Shown here one piece after another: positions 55,900-64,000 of a stretch of 64,000 nt of DNA. Both the position numbers and the translations under genes were made by a program. How positions within the stretch are numbered: position 1 is the first letter of the stretch; each line of letters starts with the position of its first letter. The notes below the pieces were generated by a model. That model did not search any database. It was not told where the DNA came from and saw only the letters and a list, made by a program, of their open reading frames with translations. Origin of the DNA: a virus (taxonomy: Duplodnaviria; Caudoviricetes); IMG/VR virus record IMGVR_UViG_2932675082_000001, positions 13,620 to 77,619 of that record, one strand, 5' to 3'.

Positions 55900-56744
55900 G
55901 ACGCCACCGCCACCGGCAAAGGGCGCAGCGGCCATGACCCGTCCACAACCGCCTCCGGGTCCCGCTTCTCGCCGGCCTTCTCCGAGCGCAGCCACGCCTG
56001 CAGCGACGCCGCGTCCTCGGCGGCCCAGCCGATCTGCCGGCGGTGCAGCTCGTCGATGTCGCACGCGAGGTCGTCGAACCGCTCGTACGGGCCCCGCCAG
56101 TTCCGCAACGCCTGCACCCAGTCGGGGCGTTCGTCGGCCGGCTTGTGCGCGATGACTCCCATGACCCACGCGGCCTGCGCGGCCTTGTAAGCGTCGTAGT
56201 CGGCGCCGTGAGCCTGCTCCTCGTCCCAGGACAGCACGTCGCCCTGCCCGTACGTCTCCACGGTCGTGCGCAGCTGGTACGGGCCCTGCGCGTCGGAGAC
56301 CCGGCGTCGGTACGGGGCGGCGTGCCGGTCGAGGGTCATCGTGTCGATCACGCGCACCAGGGGGCCGGTGATCTCCTCCAGGGCGGCGCCGTGGTGACGG
56401 CGGACCTCCCGGTCAAGGAGGGTGAGGTCGTAGCTGCCGATGTTGTGGCCGACGAGCGGGATGCCGACTCCGACGGCCTCGGCGACGGCCTTCACGATCT
56501 CGGCGATGGCGCGGTCTGCGGGCTGTCCGTGTTCGGCGAGGTATTCGTCGGTGAGCCCGTGGACGGCGATCGCTTCGGGTGCCTGTGGGACGCCGGGGTC
56601 GACCAGCCAAGTGGTGCGTTCGGTCGGCAGGCCGCCGCCGACGTGGATGAGGGCGCAGGACACGATGCGGGCCGTGTCGGGGTGCTTGTCGCTGGCCTCG
56701 AAGTCGAGGGCGGCCATGCGGTTGAGGTGCCAGGGCTTGTGCAT
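55896..56744 (-). CDS. DEDDh 3'-5' exonuclease (DnaQ-like)
   Basis: LDFEAS, GHNIGSYD, IDT, AHGADYD. Confidence 0.85.
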   Translation of the reverse strand: MHKPWHLNRMAALDFEASDKHPDTARIVSCALIHVGGGLPTERTTWLVDPGVPQAPEAIAVHGLTDEYLAEHGQPADRAIAEIVKAVAEAVGVGIPLVGHNIGSYDLTLLDREVRRHHGAALEEITGPLVRVIDTMTLDRHAAPYRRRVSDAQGPYQLRTTVETYGQGDVLSWDEEQAHGADYDAYKAAQAAWVMGVIAHKPADERPDWVQALRNWRGPYERFDDLACDIDELHRRQIGWAAEDAASLQAWLRSEKAGEKRDPEAVVDGSWPLRPLPVAVAS

Positions 56745-56825
56745 GCTGGTCCTCCTCTCGGAAGTTGGGGATGATGGATGGTGGCGGGACCGCGCCTGTT
56801 GCGAGCGGGCGCGATCCCGCGTTGC

Positions 56826-57602
56826 TTACGAACCGGCGCGCTCCTTGCCGATCCGGATCACCATCGCGCCGATCGGCTCCTCGTCCCCGACCTCGTTGGT
56901 CACCAGAGCACCGACCTGCCTGGACTGCTGGAGTTCGTGGTGGATCTGCCGCAGACGGCCCACCGGGGTGTCCGGGTTGGTGATCTCGTCCAGGTAGGAG
57001 GCCGCCGGCCGGACCGGAGCCTCACCGCGCTCGATGTACGAGCTGTCCGGGTCAGGGTCGTTGGTGGGCGTCAGGCCGAGCGTCAGCAGCAGGGTCCGCA
57101 GCGCCACCGACTGCGCCTTCGTGGTGGACTTGTCGGCCGTATCGAGGGCCTCACCTCGCGTCTGAACGGTGAGGAAGTCCCCCATGGGGCCGAGGATCTG
57201 CCACGTGGTCAGGACAGTGCACTCGCGCATCTTGCTGCCGGACTTGGTGTTCTTCTCCCCGTACTCGGCCTCGACCTTCAGCGGGATGACGTTGATCCCG
57301 TGCTTGGCCGTGACCGGGCCGAAGACGTTGACCACGGTGTCGACGCCGCGGAAGTTGAAGCGGGTGCCGGACTGGTTGTACATCTCGCCCTTGCCGATGG
57401 CGCGGATGTCGCGGCGGACGCGGAGCCACGCGAGGTGGACGGGGATCATGTCCGGGTCGTTGTCGCCGAGGTCGTACTGGCTCATGTCGGGAAGCTGCTC
57501 AGCGGCCGCAGGGTGGCCGGCGGGGGCCGGTCCGGTGGTCGAGGAGGGCTCGGTGCGGCCGGCCTTCGCGGCGGCCCGCTCGGCGAGCGTAGGCTGAGTC
57601 AT
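56826..57602 (-). CDS. ERF-family single-strand annealing protein
   Basis: FNFRGVD..V, GEALDTADKSTTKAQSVALR, DPDPD. Confidence 0.8.
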   Translation of the reverse strand: MTQPTLAERAAAKAGRTEPSSTTGPAPAGHPAAAEQLPDMSQYDLGDNDPDMIPVHLAWLRVRRDIRAIGKGEMYNQSGTRFNFRGVDTVVNVFGPVTAKHGINVIPLKVEAEYGEKNTKSGSKMRECTVLTTWQILGPMGDFLTVQTRGEALDTADKSTTKAQSVALRTLLLTLGLTPTNDPDPDSSYIERGEAPVRPAASYLDEITNPDTPVGRLRQIHHELQQSRQVGALVTNEVGDEEPIGAMVIRIGKERAGS

Positions 57603-58642
57603 GCGGCGTGCCTCTTCCGGATGTCGTTGGGGATCGTGATCTGGCTGTAAGACCGGTCCTCGACACAGTCCGCGTACGCCTCCGGCCAGCGCTCGGCGAG
57701 CCGAGACAGGTCCGGGGTCTGCTTGCTGCGCTGCTCAATCGAGTACGCGGGCCGGTCGCCCAGCACGGCCATCTCGGCGCCACCGAGAGCGGCGAGCATG
57801 CGGGCCTTCGCTGCCTTCTGCCGCTTCTCCGCAGCAGTGACGTCGGCTCGGGCCTGCAGATAGTCGGCGAGGGCGTCCTGGGCGTCGCCGTCGCGGTCGA
57901 TGTGGACGACGCCGGAGCGCTCTGGGTGCAGCCGCCTGTACAGGTCGAGCAGCGGGTCCGGGTCCGCATCGGGGTCGAGGACCGGCGGCCGGCCGTTGAG
58001 GATGCGCTGCCACAACTCGGTGGCGGCGGCCCGCAGGTCGAGTACCAGTTGCTGGTGGTCGGCGACGCGGACGGTGAACTGCCGGTAGTCGTTCCCGCCG
58101 ATCTTCACCGCGACGTGCATGTGCTCGAAGCCGCACACGTCGGCCTGGTGCAGGGTCTGCGCGAGGACGTCGTCGGGGCAGCCGCGCCGCCACATCGGGG
58201 CTTTCATCTTGTCGCGGCACTTGATCTCCAGCGCACACTGAGTGCCGGGCTCGATCGGGCACTCGGCGACGCGGCGGTCGAGGGTGCACATCTGCCACGG
58301 CCGGTCGATGTTGGCGACGAGGCCGACTCGACGGACCACGGAGCGATTGCTCATGGCCCAGCGCCGGGCGACACCTTCTTCGTCGACACGGCCCCAGTAC
58401 GCGGGCTCGGAGTCGTCGGACTCCAGGGGGAGTTCGCCGCGCTTGTCGTAGTAGACGGTGAGTTCGTTGCCGTACTTGGAGAGGCCGAGCATGGCGGCGA
58501 TGTCACTGCTGCCGATGCCGCGCCGGCGGGCAGCGAGCCAGGCACTACGGTCGGCGTCGGCGGGCAGGATCAGCCGGGCGGTGGGGGTGATGCGGCGCCC
58601 GGCTGCCGGGGCGATGTGCCCCGGCAGCTCAGTGACGGTCAT
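57599..58642 (-). CDS. YqaJ/lambda-exonuclease family
   Basis: WLAARRRGIGSSD, YWG...E, TLDR, LEIK. Confidence 0.88.
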   Translation of the reverse strand: MTVTELPGHIAPAAGRRITPTARLILPADADRSAWLAARRRGIGSSDIAAMLGLSKYGNELTVYYDKRGELPLESDDSEPAYWGRVDEEGVARRWAMSNRSVVRRVGLVANIDRPWQMCTLDRRVAECPIEPGTQCALEIKCRDKMKAPMWRRGCPDDVLAQTLHQADVCGFEHMHVAVKIGGNDYRQFTVRVADHQQLVLDLRAAATELWQRILNGRPPVLDPDADPDPLLDLYRRLHPERSGVVHIDRDGDAQDALADYLQARADVTAAEKRQKAAKARMLAALGGAEMAVLGDRPAYSIEQRSKQTPDLSRLAERWPEAYADCVEDRSYSQITIPNDIRKRHAA

Positions 58643-59178
58643 CAGTCCTCCGAGTGGAAGTCGAGGGTGAGGGGGCAGCTGTCGGGCCGGACCAACTCCA
58701 GGGCGCGGAACGGCCAGTCACAGCGGCGGAAACGCAGCCCGGCGATGGCTCGGAGACGGCGGGTCACCGGGTACCGCCCGGTTCGTAGCTGCCGCCGTGG
58801 ACGCTCTGCACGTGACCGTGCAGCTCGGCCTCGGCCGACCCGTCGTCCACGTGCCAGACGGTCGTCCGCCAGCCACACGCGCCGCACGCGCGGGAGACCT
58901 TGGCGTTGCGCTCGTTCATGGGAGCCCCAGCGAATGGGTTGAACTCCGAGAAGTAGCCGGTGCAGTCGTCGGACTCGCACTCGTACGGGTCGAAGCCGGG
59001 CTCGTCGCACCGGCACACGGGCTCGGTCACCGGCCGTCCTCCTCGGTGTGGAACGTCGCGTACGGGAACCGCTCCACCTCGGACGCCCGCACCGACCGCA
59101 CCCGGCGACGCGCCGACCAGTCGAACCAGCCCAGCAGCACGAAGCCGACCAGCGCAGCGACGATGACGAAGGCAGCCA

Positions 59179-59520
59179 TCAGGCACCGTCCTTCCGGCCC
59201 CAGTTACGGGCCCGCTGGTAGTCGGCGCTCGCCTTCCGGCAGTCCGCGCACGCGGGCTCCTTGCGGTACCGGTGCTGCTGGTAGCCGGCCAGCGTGCCGT
59301 GCGCGATGGGCTTGCGTCGCCCGGGCGTCGGCGTCGCGTTCTGGCCGCGCTTCGCCTCGGCGTTGGCCTGGCGGCACGGCTCGCACGGCTCGTCGCCGTG
59401 CCGCAGGTGCCGCGCATACGCGGCGGGCGTGCCGTGCGGGGCGAGGGCCTTGCCGGCGCGGCGGCGCAGGCCAACCGCGTACAGCAGCTCCTCGACCTCC
59501 ATCTCGGACAGCTCGGCCAT
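59179..59520 (-). CDS. Protein with two HGT-x-Y-x-H-x-CxxC motifs
   Basis: HGTPAAYARH..CEPC and HGTLAGYQQH..CADC. Confidence 0.6.
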   Translation of the reverse strand: MAELSEMEVEELLYAVGLRRRAGKALAPHGTPAAYARHLRHGDEPCEPCRQANAEAKRGQNATPTPGRRKPIAHGTLAGYQQHRYRKEPACADCRKASADYQRARNWGRKDGA

Positions 59521-59951
59521 CACGCGGCCCCCCTCTGCTGCGGAACCGCCGGTCCGACCATGGACCGCAGCACCTCGACCAACCTGCGCGCGTCCGCCGC
59601 CGCGTACCGCGCATCCGTCCCACCGAGGCGGTCCAGCAGCTTTTCGACCAGCGTGTCCTGCGCGGGGCCGGACGCCTCGGCGATCGCCACCAGCTCGGCA
59701 GTGACGTCCTCCGGTGACTCGGCCATCTCCGCCGCGAGACCGCGCATCAGCGCGGACACCAGCAGGTGCGCGTCCACCGCAACACCCAGACCGGTCGGGC
59801 GGACCCACAGCGGGTACGGGCCGTTGATCCGCTCGGCCGGCCGCTGGAGCATCCCGGCCGCGTCGAGCGCGGCGGCGATCTCCTCAGGGGTGCCGGCGGT
59901 GTTGGCGATGAGGATGGCCGCGCGCCGCGCGACCGGGTTTTCGGCGGTCAT
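59520..59951 (-). CDS. Hypothetical protein
   Basis: Overlapping start/stop coupling. Confidence 0.5.
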   Translation of the reverse strand: MTAENPVARRAAILIANTAGTPEEIAAALDAAGMLQRPAERINGPYPLWVRPTGLGVAVDAHLLVSALMRGLAAEMAESPEDVTAELVAIAEASGPAQDTLVEKLLDRLGGTDARYAAADARRLVEVLRSMVGPAVPQQRGAA

Positions 59952-60139
59952 CGGGTCTCTCCCATCAGCTTGTTGTGCTCCGCCGCGTACAGGTCGACCG
60001 TCGCCTGCGACCACTCCGACGGGTCGCCGTGGTCGTCGATGAACGCGCCCATCAACAACAGCTCCGGGTCGGTCTCCAGCCAGTTCTCTCCGGCCGCCAG
60101 CGCGGCCGACCGCTCTTCCGGCGAGTACTCGGCCATCAC
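59948..60139 (-). CDS. Small acidic hypothetical protein
   Basis: Overlapping start/stop coupling. Confidence 0.5.
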   Translation of the reverse strand: MMAEYSPEERSAALAAGENWLETDPELLLMGAFIDDHGDPSEWSQATVDLYAAEHNKLMGETR

Positions 60140-60675
60140 GCCACCCAGCCCATCCGGCGCGCCACCGCCGCCTCACGCAGGCGGATCTCCCGCAGCCGGG
60201 CCTCCTGCGGGCACACGTGCCGCACCAGCAGGGTGTCCGGCAGTTCCTCGTTCTCACGGCTCAGCGCGGACACCGTCACCCGAACACCGGGCAAGCCGGC
60301 CAGCTCCGGCCACGACACCTTCCACTGCATCTCGCCTAGCGCGTACAGCTGGCCGTCGACGCGGCGCTCGCAGCGCGACGCGGCCGACGCGTCCCCCCGC
60401 GGGATCGTGTCGTACCAGACGCCCAGGTCGGCGACCGAGCGCACGGACAGATCAACGGTGGAGCGGTCCGGCGAGACGACCGTTTCCGTGACCACCGTGT
60501 TCGGCACCCGGGCGACCAGCGCCCCCAGTGCCTGCCTGAGCTGGTAGTCCGCCAGCAGGTCGTGAGTCTGCGGCGACCACTGCGGCAGGTCGGTGACCTC
60601 CGCCAGCACCTGAAACCGGGCGGGGATCGGCGGACGGATGACCGGGGTGAAACATTGGGTAGGCTGTGTGATCAC
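60136..60675 (-). CDS. Hypothetical protein
   Basis: AGGAGG RBS before GTG. Confidence 0.5.
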   Translation of the reverse strand: MITQPTQCFTPVIRPPIPARFQVLAEVTDLPQWSPQTHDLLADYQLRQALGALVARVPNTVVTETVVSPDRSTVDLSVRSVADLGVWYDTIPRGDASAASRCERRVDGQLYALGEMQWKVSWPELAGLPGVRVTVSALSRENEELPDTLLVRHVCPQEARLREIRLREAAVARRMGWVA

Positions 60676-60779
60676 GGCCTGCCTCCTAAGTGTTGAAGGG
60701 GTGGGTGGGCCGGGGCCGTCCCTGGTTGGCGCCAGAGGGGCGGCCCGACCGCGTTCTTTGCCAGGTGAGTGCCCTGCGG

Positions 60780-61046
60780 CTAGGCAGCGGCCCGCCGGGT
60801 CGGGGCCTGGTGCCGGCGAAGCTGGTAGGGGTGGGTGCCGTTGCGCCACTGCTCCTCAGCCTCGGCGCGCTGCCTGATGATCAGGGCCTCGATCGCCTCG
60901 ACGGAGCCGAGCCGGTGCCCCGGGTAGTAGGCGGCCTCCGCGGCCTCGCGGGGGGTGCGGGCGTCACGCTCGGCGCGGGCCTGCCCGGAGATCAGCGCTG
61001 CGGCCGATATGGCTTCCCGTCGTACGGCTTCCCGCTGGGTCGTCAC
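60780..61046 (-). CDS. Hypothetical protein after Cro
   Basis: GTGA overlap. Confidence 0.5.
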   Translation of the reverse strand: MTTQREAVRREAISAAALISGQARAERDARTPREAAEAAYYPGHRLGSVEAIEALIIRQRAEAEEQWRNGTHPYQLRRHQAPTRRAAA

Positions 61047-61279
61047 GCCGCCGCCTCGTCGCATGCGTCGCCGCTTTCCTGAGCGAGGAGGGTGGCGTTG
61101 ACTCCGTAGGTGGTGGAGAGTCTCATGAGGGTGAACAGCGACAGGTCTCGGCCATTCATGAGCCGTGAAACGACGCTCCTGTCGAGGCCGGTGCGCCTGC
61201 TGATGTCGCTCTGGCGCCGGTCACCTTGGGCTTCTGCGGCACGGCGTAGCTCAGTGACGTTGAGCTTAAAACTGGACAT
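61043..61279 (-). CDS. Cro-like XRE protein (main switch)
   Basis: ISRRTGLDRSVVSRLMNG; GGAGG RBS. Confidence 0.8.
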   Translation of the reverse strand: MSSFKLNVTELRRAAEAQGDRRQSDISRRTGLDRSVVSRLMNGRDLSLFTLMRLSTTYGVNATLLAQESGDACDEAAA

Positions 61280-61309
61280 AGTTCACCTCCGTTGCTGAAC
61301 AGGGGGCTT

Positions 61310-61380
61310 TTGTCTCGTGAGCCAAGTTGCTGGCTCGACAACCAAACTACGCCTGGCCAGTTTGGCTTGCAAGCCAAACT
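61310..61380. promoter_or_regulatory. Three related operators including a perfect 22-bp palindrome
   Basis: AGTTTGGCTTGCAAGCCAAACT (61359-61380), TTGTCTCGTGAGCCAA (61310), CTGGCTCGACAACCAA (61330). Confidence 0.75.
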
Positions 61381-61551
61381 TTCGACTTATCTCGCCGGAG
61401 TGGCGCTGCTAGCGTTTGACCGTGGTCGCGCGAGTTGCAGATGGCCCGGAGATCACCCAAACAGGGGGAACCCGTGAGACGCGCGTAGATCAGCCTCGGG
61501 GTATCGCTATCCTGGCGATGCCGAGCGAGCAACATCACGACGGAGGCATCC

Positions 61552-61971
61552 ATGACGACCGCGGACTTCGCCACATGGCTCGCCGACCTCGCCCTCGCCG
61601 CCGGCTACGACACCACCCCACACCGCGGCGGCCGACGCGCACTGGCCACCGACATGGGTGTCGACCCCTCCGTCATCGGCAAAGCCCTCAGCGGCACCGC
61701 CCCCGCCATTGAAACCCAACGCCGCCTCGTCGAAGTCCTCAACCGCCGCGGCGTCCGCGTCACCCTCCGCGACATGCTCATCCGCTCCGGCACACTCTTC
61801 GAGGAAGACCTGCCCCAGCCCGACGAGCAACCCCCGCCGCCGGCCACCGACATCGACCTCTACGCCGTCGCCGCCAAATACGGAGTACCCACAGAGCGCG
61901 CCCACCTGTTCGTCAAAAGCGTTGAAGCGGTCGCAAACACGTTCGCGGACGACAAGAAACCGCTACAGTAA
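61552..61971 (+). CDS. Immunity repressor (XRE)
   Basis: LATDMGVDPSVIGKALSG HTH; GGAGG RBS; upstream of integrase. Confidence 0.75.
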   Translation: MTTADFATWLADLALAAGYDTTPHRGGRRALATDMGVDPSVIGKALSGTAPAIETQRRLVEVLNRRGVRVTLRDMLIRSGTLFEEDLPQPDEQPPPPATDIDLYAVAAKYGVPTERAHLFVKSVEAVANTFADDKKPLQ

Positions 61972-62020
61972 GCCTGATCGCAAACGGGTGGGCACCCATG
62001 TGCGATAGAGGTGGTATGCC

Positions 62021-62338
62021 GTGCCGTCAACCCTCCCGAAGTGGCGCCCCGCGCTCGCCTTCGCGACGGCCATCGGGCTGACCGCAACCCTGTGCGGAGC
62101 CCTCGAAAGCGACCGGCCGGTCGAACTCGCCAGCCTGGCCCTCCTGACCGCCACGCTGCTCCCGCTCCTGGCCTCCGTGGCGCGCGGATGGCTGAGCCGC
62201 GCCGAGGCCATAGCCCTCCGGGAACAAACCCAAGCCGAAGCCTTCGCCATAGCCATCAGCTTGTGGCGCGAAGGTCAGCTCACCGAGACGTCCAGCTCAG
62301 ACGGGGAATCCAACTCCGCCGTCCGGGACCGCTCGTAG
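62021..62338 (+). CDS. Small membrane protein
   Basis: Two hydrophobic segments; start uncertain. Confidence 0.45.
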   Translation: MPSTLPKWRPALAFATAIGLTATLCGALESDRPVELASLALLTATLLPLLASVARGWLSRAEAIALREQTQAEAFAIAISLWREGQLTETSSSDGESNSAVRDRS

Positions 62339-62422
62339 CATCTGTAGCTGCATCAGAGATGGCTCGCAGCAGACCTGAACGGTCGGCTGCCGGGCGGCGT
62401 TCGCACTTCCTCGGAGAGCCCT

Positions 62423-64000
62423 ATGAGTGATCACGACCTCAACGAGCCAATCCCCGCCATCGGCTACACCCGCGTCAGCATGGCCCGCGAGGAGATGATC
62501 TCCCCCGAGATCCAGAGAAGGGCCATCCAAGACTGGGCCCGGCGGACCAACCACCGCATCATCGACTGGGTCGAGGACCCCGACAAGACCGGGCGCAACT
62601 TCAAACGCAAGATCATGCGGGCGATCGAACGCATCGAATCGGGCGAAGCGCGCGTGATCGCCGTCTGGAAGTTCTCCCGCTTCGGGCGAACCCGCACTGG
62701 CGTCCCCGCCAACCTCGCCCGCGTTGAAAAGGTCGGCGGCCAACTCCTCTCGGCGACCGAAGAAGTCGACGCGCGCACCGCGATCGGCCGCTTCCAGCGC
62801 GGCATGATCATGGAGTTCAACGCCTTCGAATCCGACCGCGCCGGCGAACAGTGGAAGGAGACCCACCAGCTGCGGCGAGACGAGGGACTCCCGCATAAGG
62901 GAGGGCGCCGCTTCGGCTACATCTGGCACCCGCGGAAGGTCTACGCCCCAGACGGCACGATCACGATCCAGCAGGAGCGGTACGAGCCGGACCCAGCCCT
63001 GCAGGACGTCGTGAGGGACCTCTACGAGCGATACGTCGCCGGGACCGGTTTCGGGAATCTCGCGGCCCTCCTCAATGAAGCCGGGATTCCGAACGCGCTC
63101 GGTTCGCTGTGGAGCAACCGGACAGTCTGCCTCTACATGGACTCCGGATTCGCTGCCGGCTACCTCCGCATCCACGATCCCGCCTGCAAGCTTCCGTACC
63201 GGAGCAACTGCCCGGCCCACAAGCTCATCAGGCACCCCACCAAGCAGCACCCTGCCATCATCAGCAACGAGCTCTGGGAGATGTATCAGGCCAGGCGGGG
63301 TTTCACCAAGACCGCAGCCCCTCACTCCCGAAAAGCCAAGTATCCACTCAGTGCACTCACCCGCTGCGGACTGTGCCAGGCGGCAGCACTCCGCGTGGGC
63401 GGCCAGCGAGCCTATGCCGCCTACGCGTGTACCACGAGGCACCAGAAAGGCGCCACGGTATGTCAAGGTGTTCGGACGCCTGCGGCAGACGTGGAGGCTG
63501 GCGTGCTGAAGTGGCTGGCTCGGTTCGCCGATGAGATTGACGCCGATCCGGGCAGCGAGCCGGCCGCCGAGTCGCGACTGCGCGGACTGAGCTCGACTCT
63601 CGAGGAGAAGCGCGCCGCAGCCAAGAGTGAGGTCGAGAGACTAGAGCGGGCCGTGGCGAAACACATGCGGGTCTACGCCATGAGCGAAGAAGAAGACCCC
63701 GACGGAACGCTGGAGCGTGAATACCTCGCGACGCTGAGCGACCTTCGGGCGGAGAAGGCCGCCGCAGCCGCGCGGCTGACCGCGCTCGATGAAGTCCCCG
63801 GCGAAACGCAGGTGGCCTCCATGAAGGCTGCCGCAGCGCCAGTCGCGGCTGGGCTCGTGGCAGAGTGGGACTCCATGCCGCCCGATCGCACGAATGCCCT
63901 GCTCAGGCGGCTGATCGACCAGATCGAGCTGCGGCCAGGTGGCATCGTGGACGTGGTTCCAGTCTGGGAGGCGTACCGCGATAGCCTCGACGCTCCCTAG
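62423..64000 (+). CDS. Large serine recombinase (integrase)
   Basis: GYTRVS catalytic Ser, SRFGR, recombinase domain, zinc ribbon CGLC...YAC...C, coiled coil. Confidence 0.93.
   Translation: MSDHDLNEPIPAIGYTRVSMAREEMISPEIQRRAIQDWARRTNHRIIDWVEDPDKTGRNFKRKIMRAIERIESGEARVIAVWKFSRFGRTRTGVPANLARVEKVGGQLLSATEEVDARTAIGRFQRGMIMEFNAFESDRAGEQWKETHQLRRDEGLPHKGGRRFGYIWHPRKVYAPDGTITIQQERYEPDPALQDVVRDLYERYVAGTGFGNLAALLNEAGIPNALGSLWSNRTVCLYMDSGFAAGYLRIHDPACKLPYRSNCPAHKLIRHPTKQHPAIISNELWEMYQARRGFTKTAAPHSRKAKYPLSALTRCGLCQAAALRVGGQRAYAAYACTTRHQKGATVCQGVRTPAADVEAGVLKWLARFADEIDADPGSEPAAESRLRGLSSTLEEKRAAAKSEVERLERAVAKHMRVYAMSEEEDPDGTLEREYLATLSDLRAEKAAAAARLTALDEVPGETQVASMKAAAAPVAAGLVAEWDSMPPDRTNALLRRLIDQIELRPGGIVDVVPVWEAYRDSLDAP

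Larger units (their letters stand above)
1..64000. mobile_element. Temperate actinophage/prophage (partial; tail and lysis modules and att sites not visible)
   Basis: Terminase, portal, MuF, capsid, recombination/replication genes, repressor/Cro switch and serine integrase in typical siphovirus order. Confidence 0.95.

Noticed and set aside
62339-64000. attL/attR site
   Set aside because: Window ends at the integrase stop codon, and serine-integrase sites cannot be identified without the flank

Overview
High-GC actinomycete (Streptomycetaceae-like) temperate prophage, seen from its head/head-tail genes (left, minus strand) to a large serine integrase (right end, plus strand). Tail and lysis genes lie outside the window. 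Left to right: head-completion genes, a highly basic repeat protein, major capsid, protease/scaffold, MuF, portal (with a ParB-like C-terminal domain), terminase, and a DNA methyltransferase split in a G9 run. Then a Ro60/TROVE gene preceded by three tandem Y-RNA-like units, two of which are circularly permuted tRNA mimics that keep Thr(GGU)- and Asp(GUC)-like anticodon loops. Then a membrane-protein operon with its own operator and a Panacea toxin-antitoxin pair. An oppositely oriented internal block follows, with a second repressor/Cro switch, an initiator gene carrying iterons, DnaB, an N-formyl-aminosugar/MurG-like/XRE-TPR cassette and a WXG100-type nuclease toxin with immunity gene. The long minus-strand early region carries a C5 MTase, a second initiator/helicase, SSB, WhiB, RuvC-like, DnaQ-like, ERF and YqaJ, and ends at the main immunity switch and integrase. 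All assignments come from motif recognition by eye; no searches were run.
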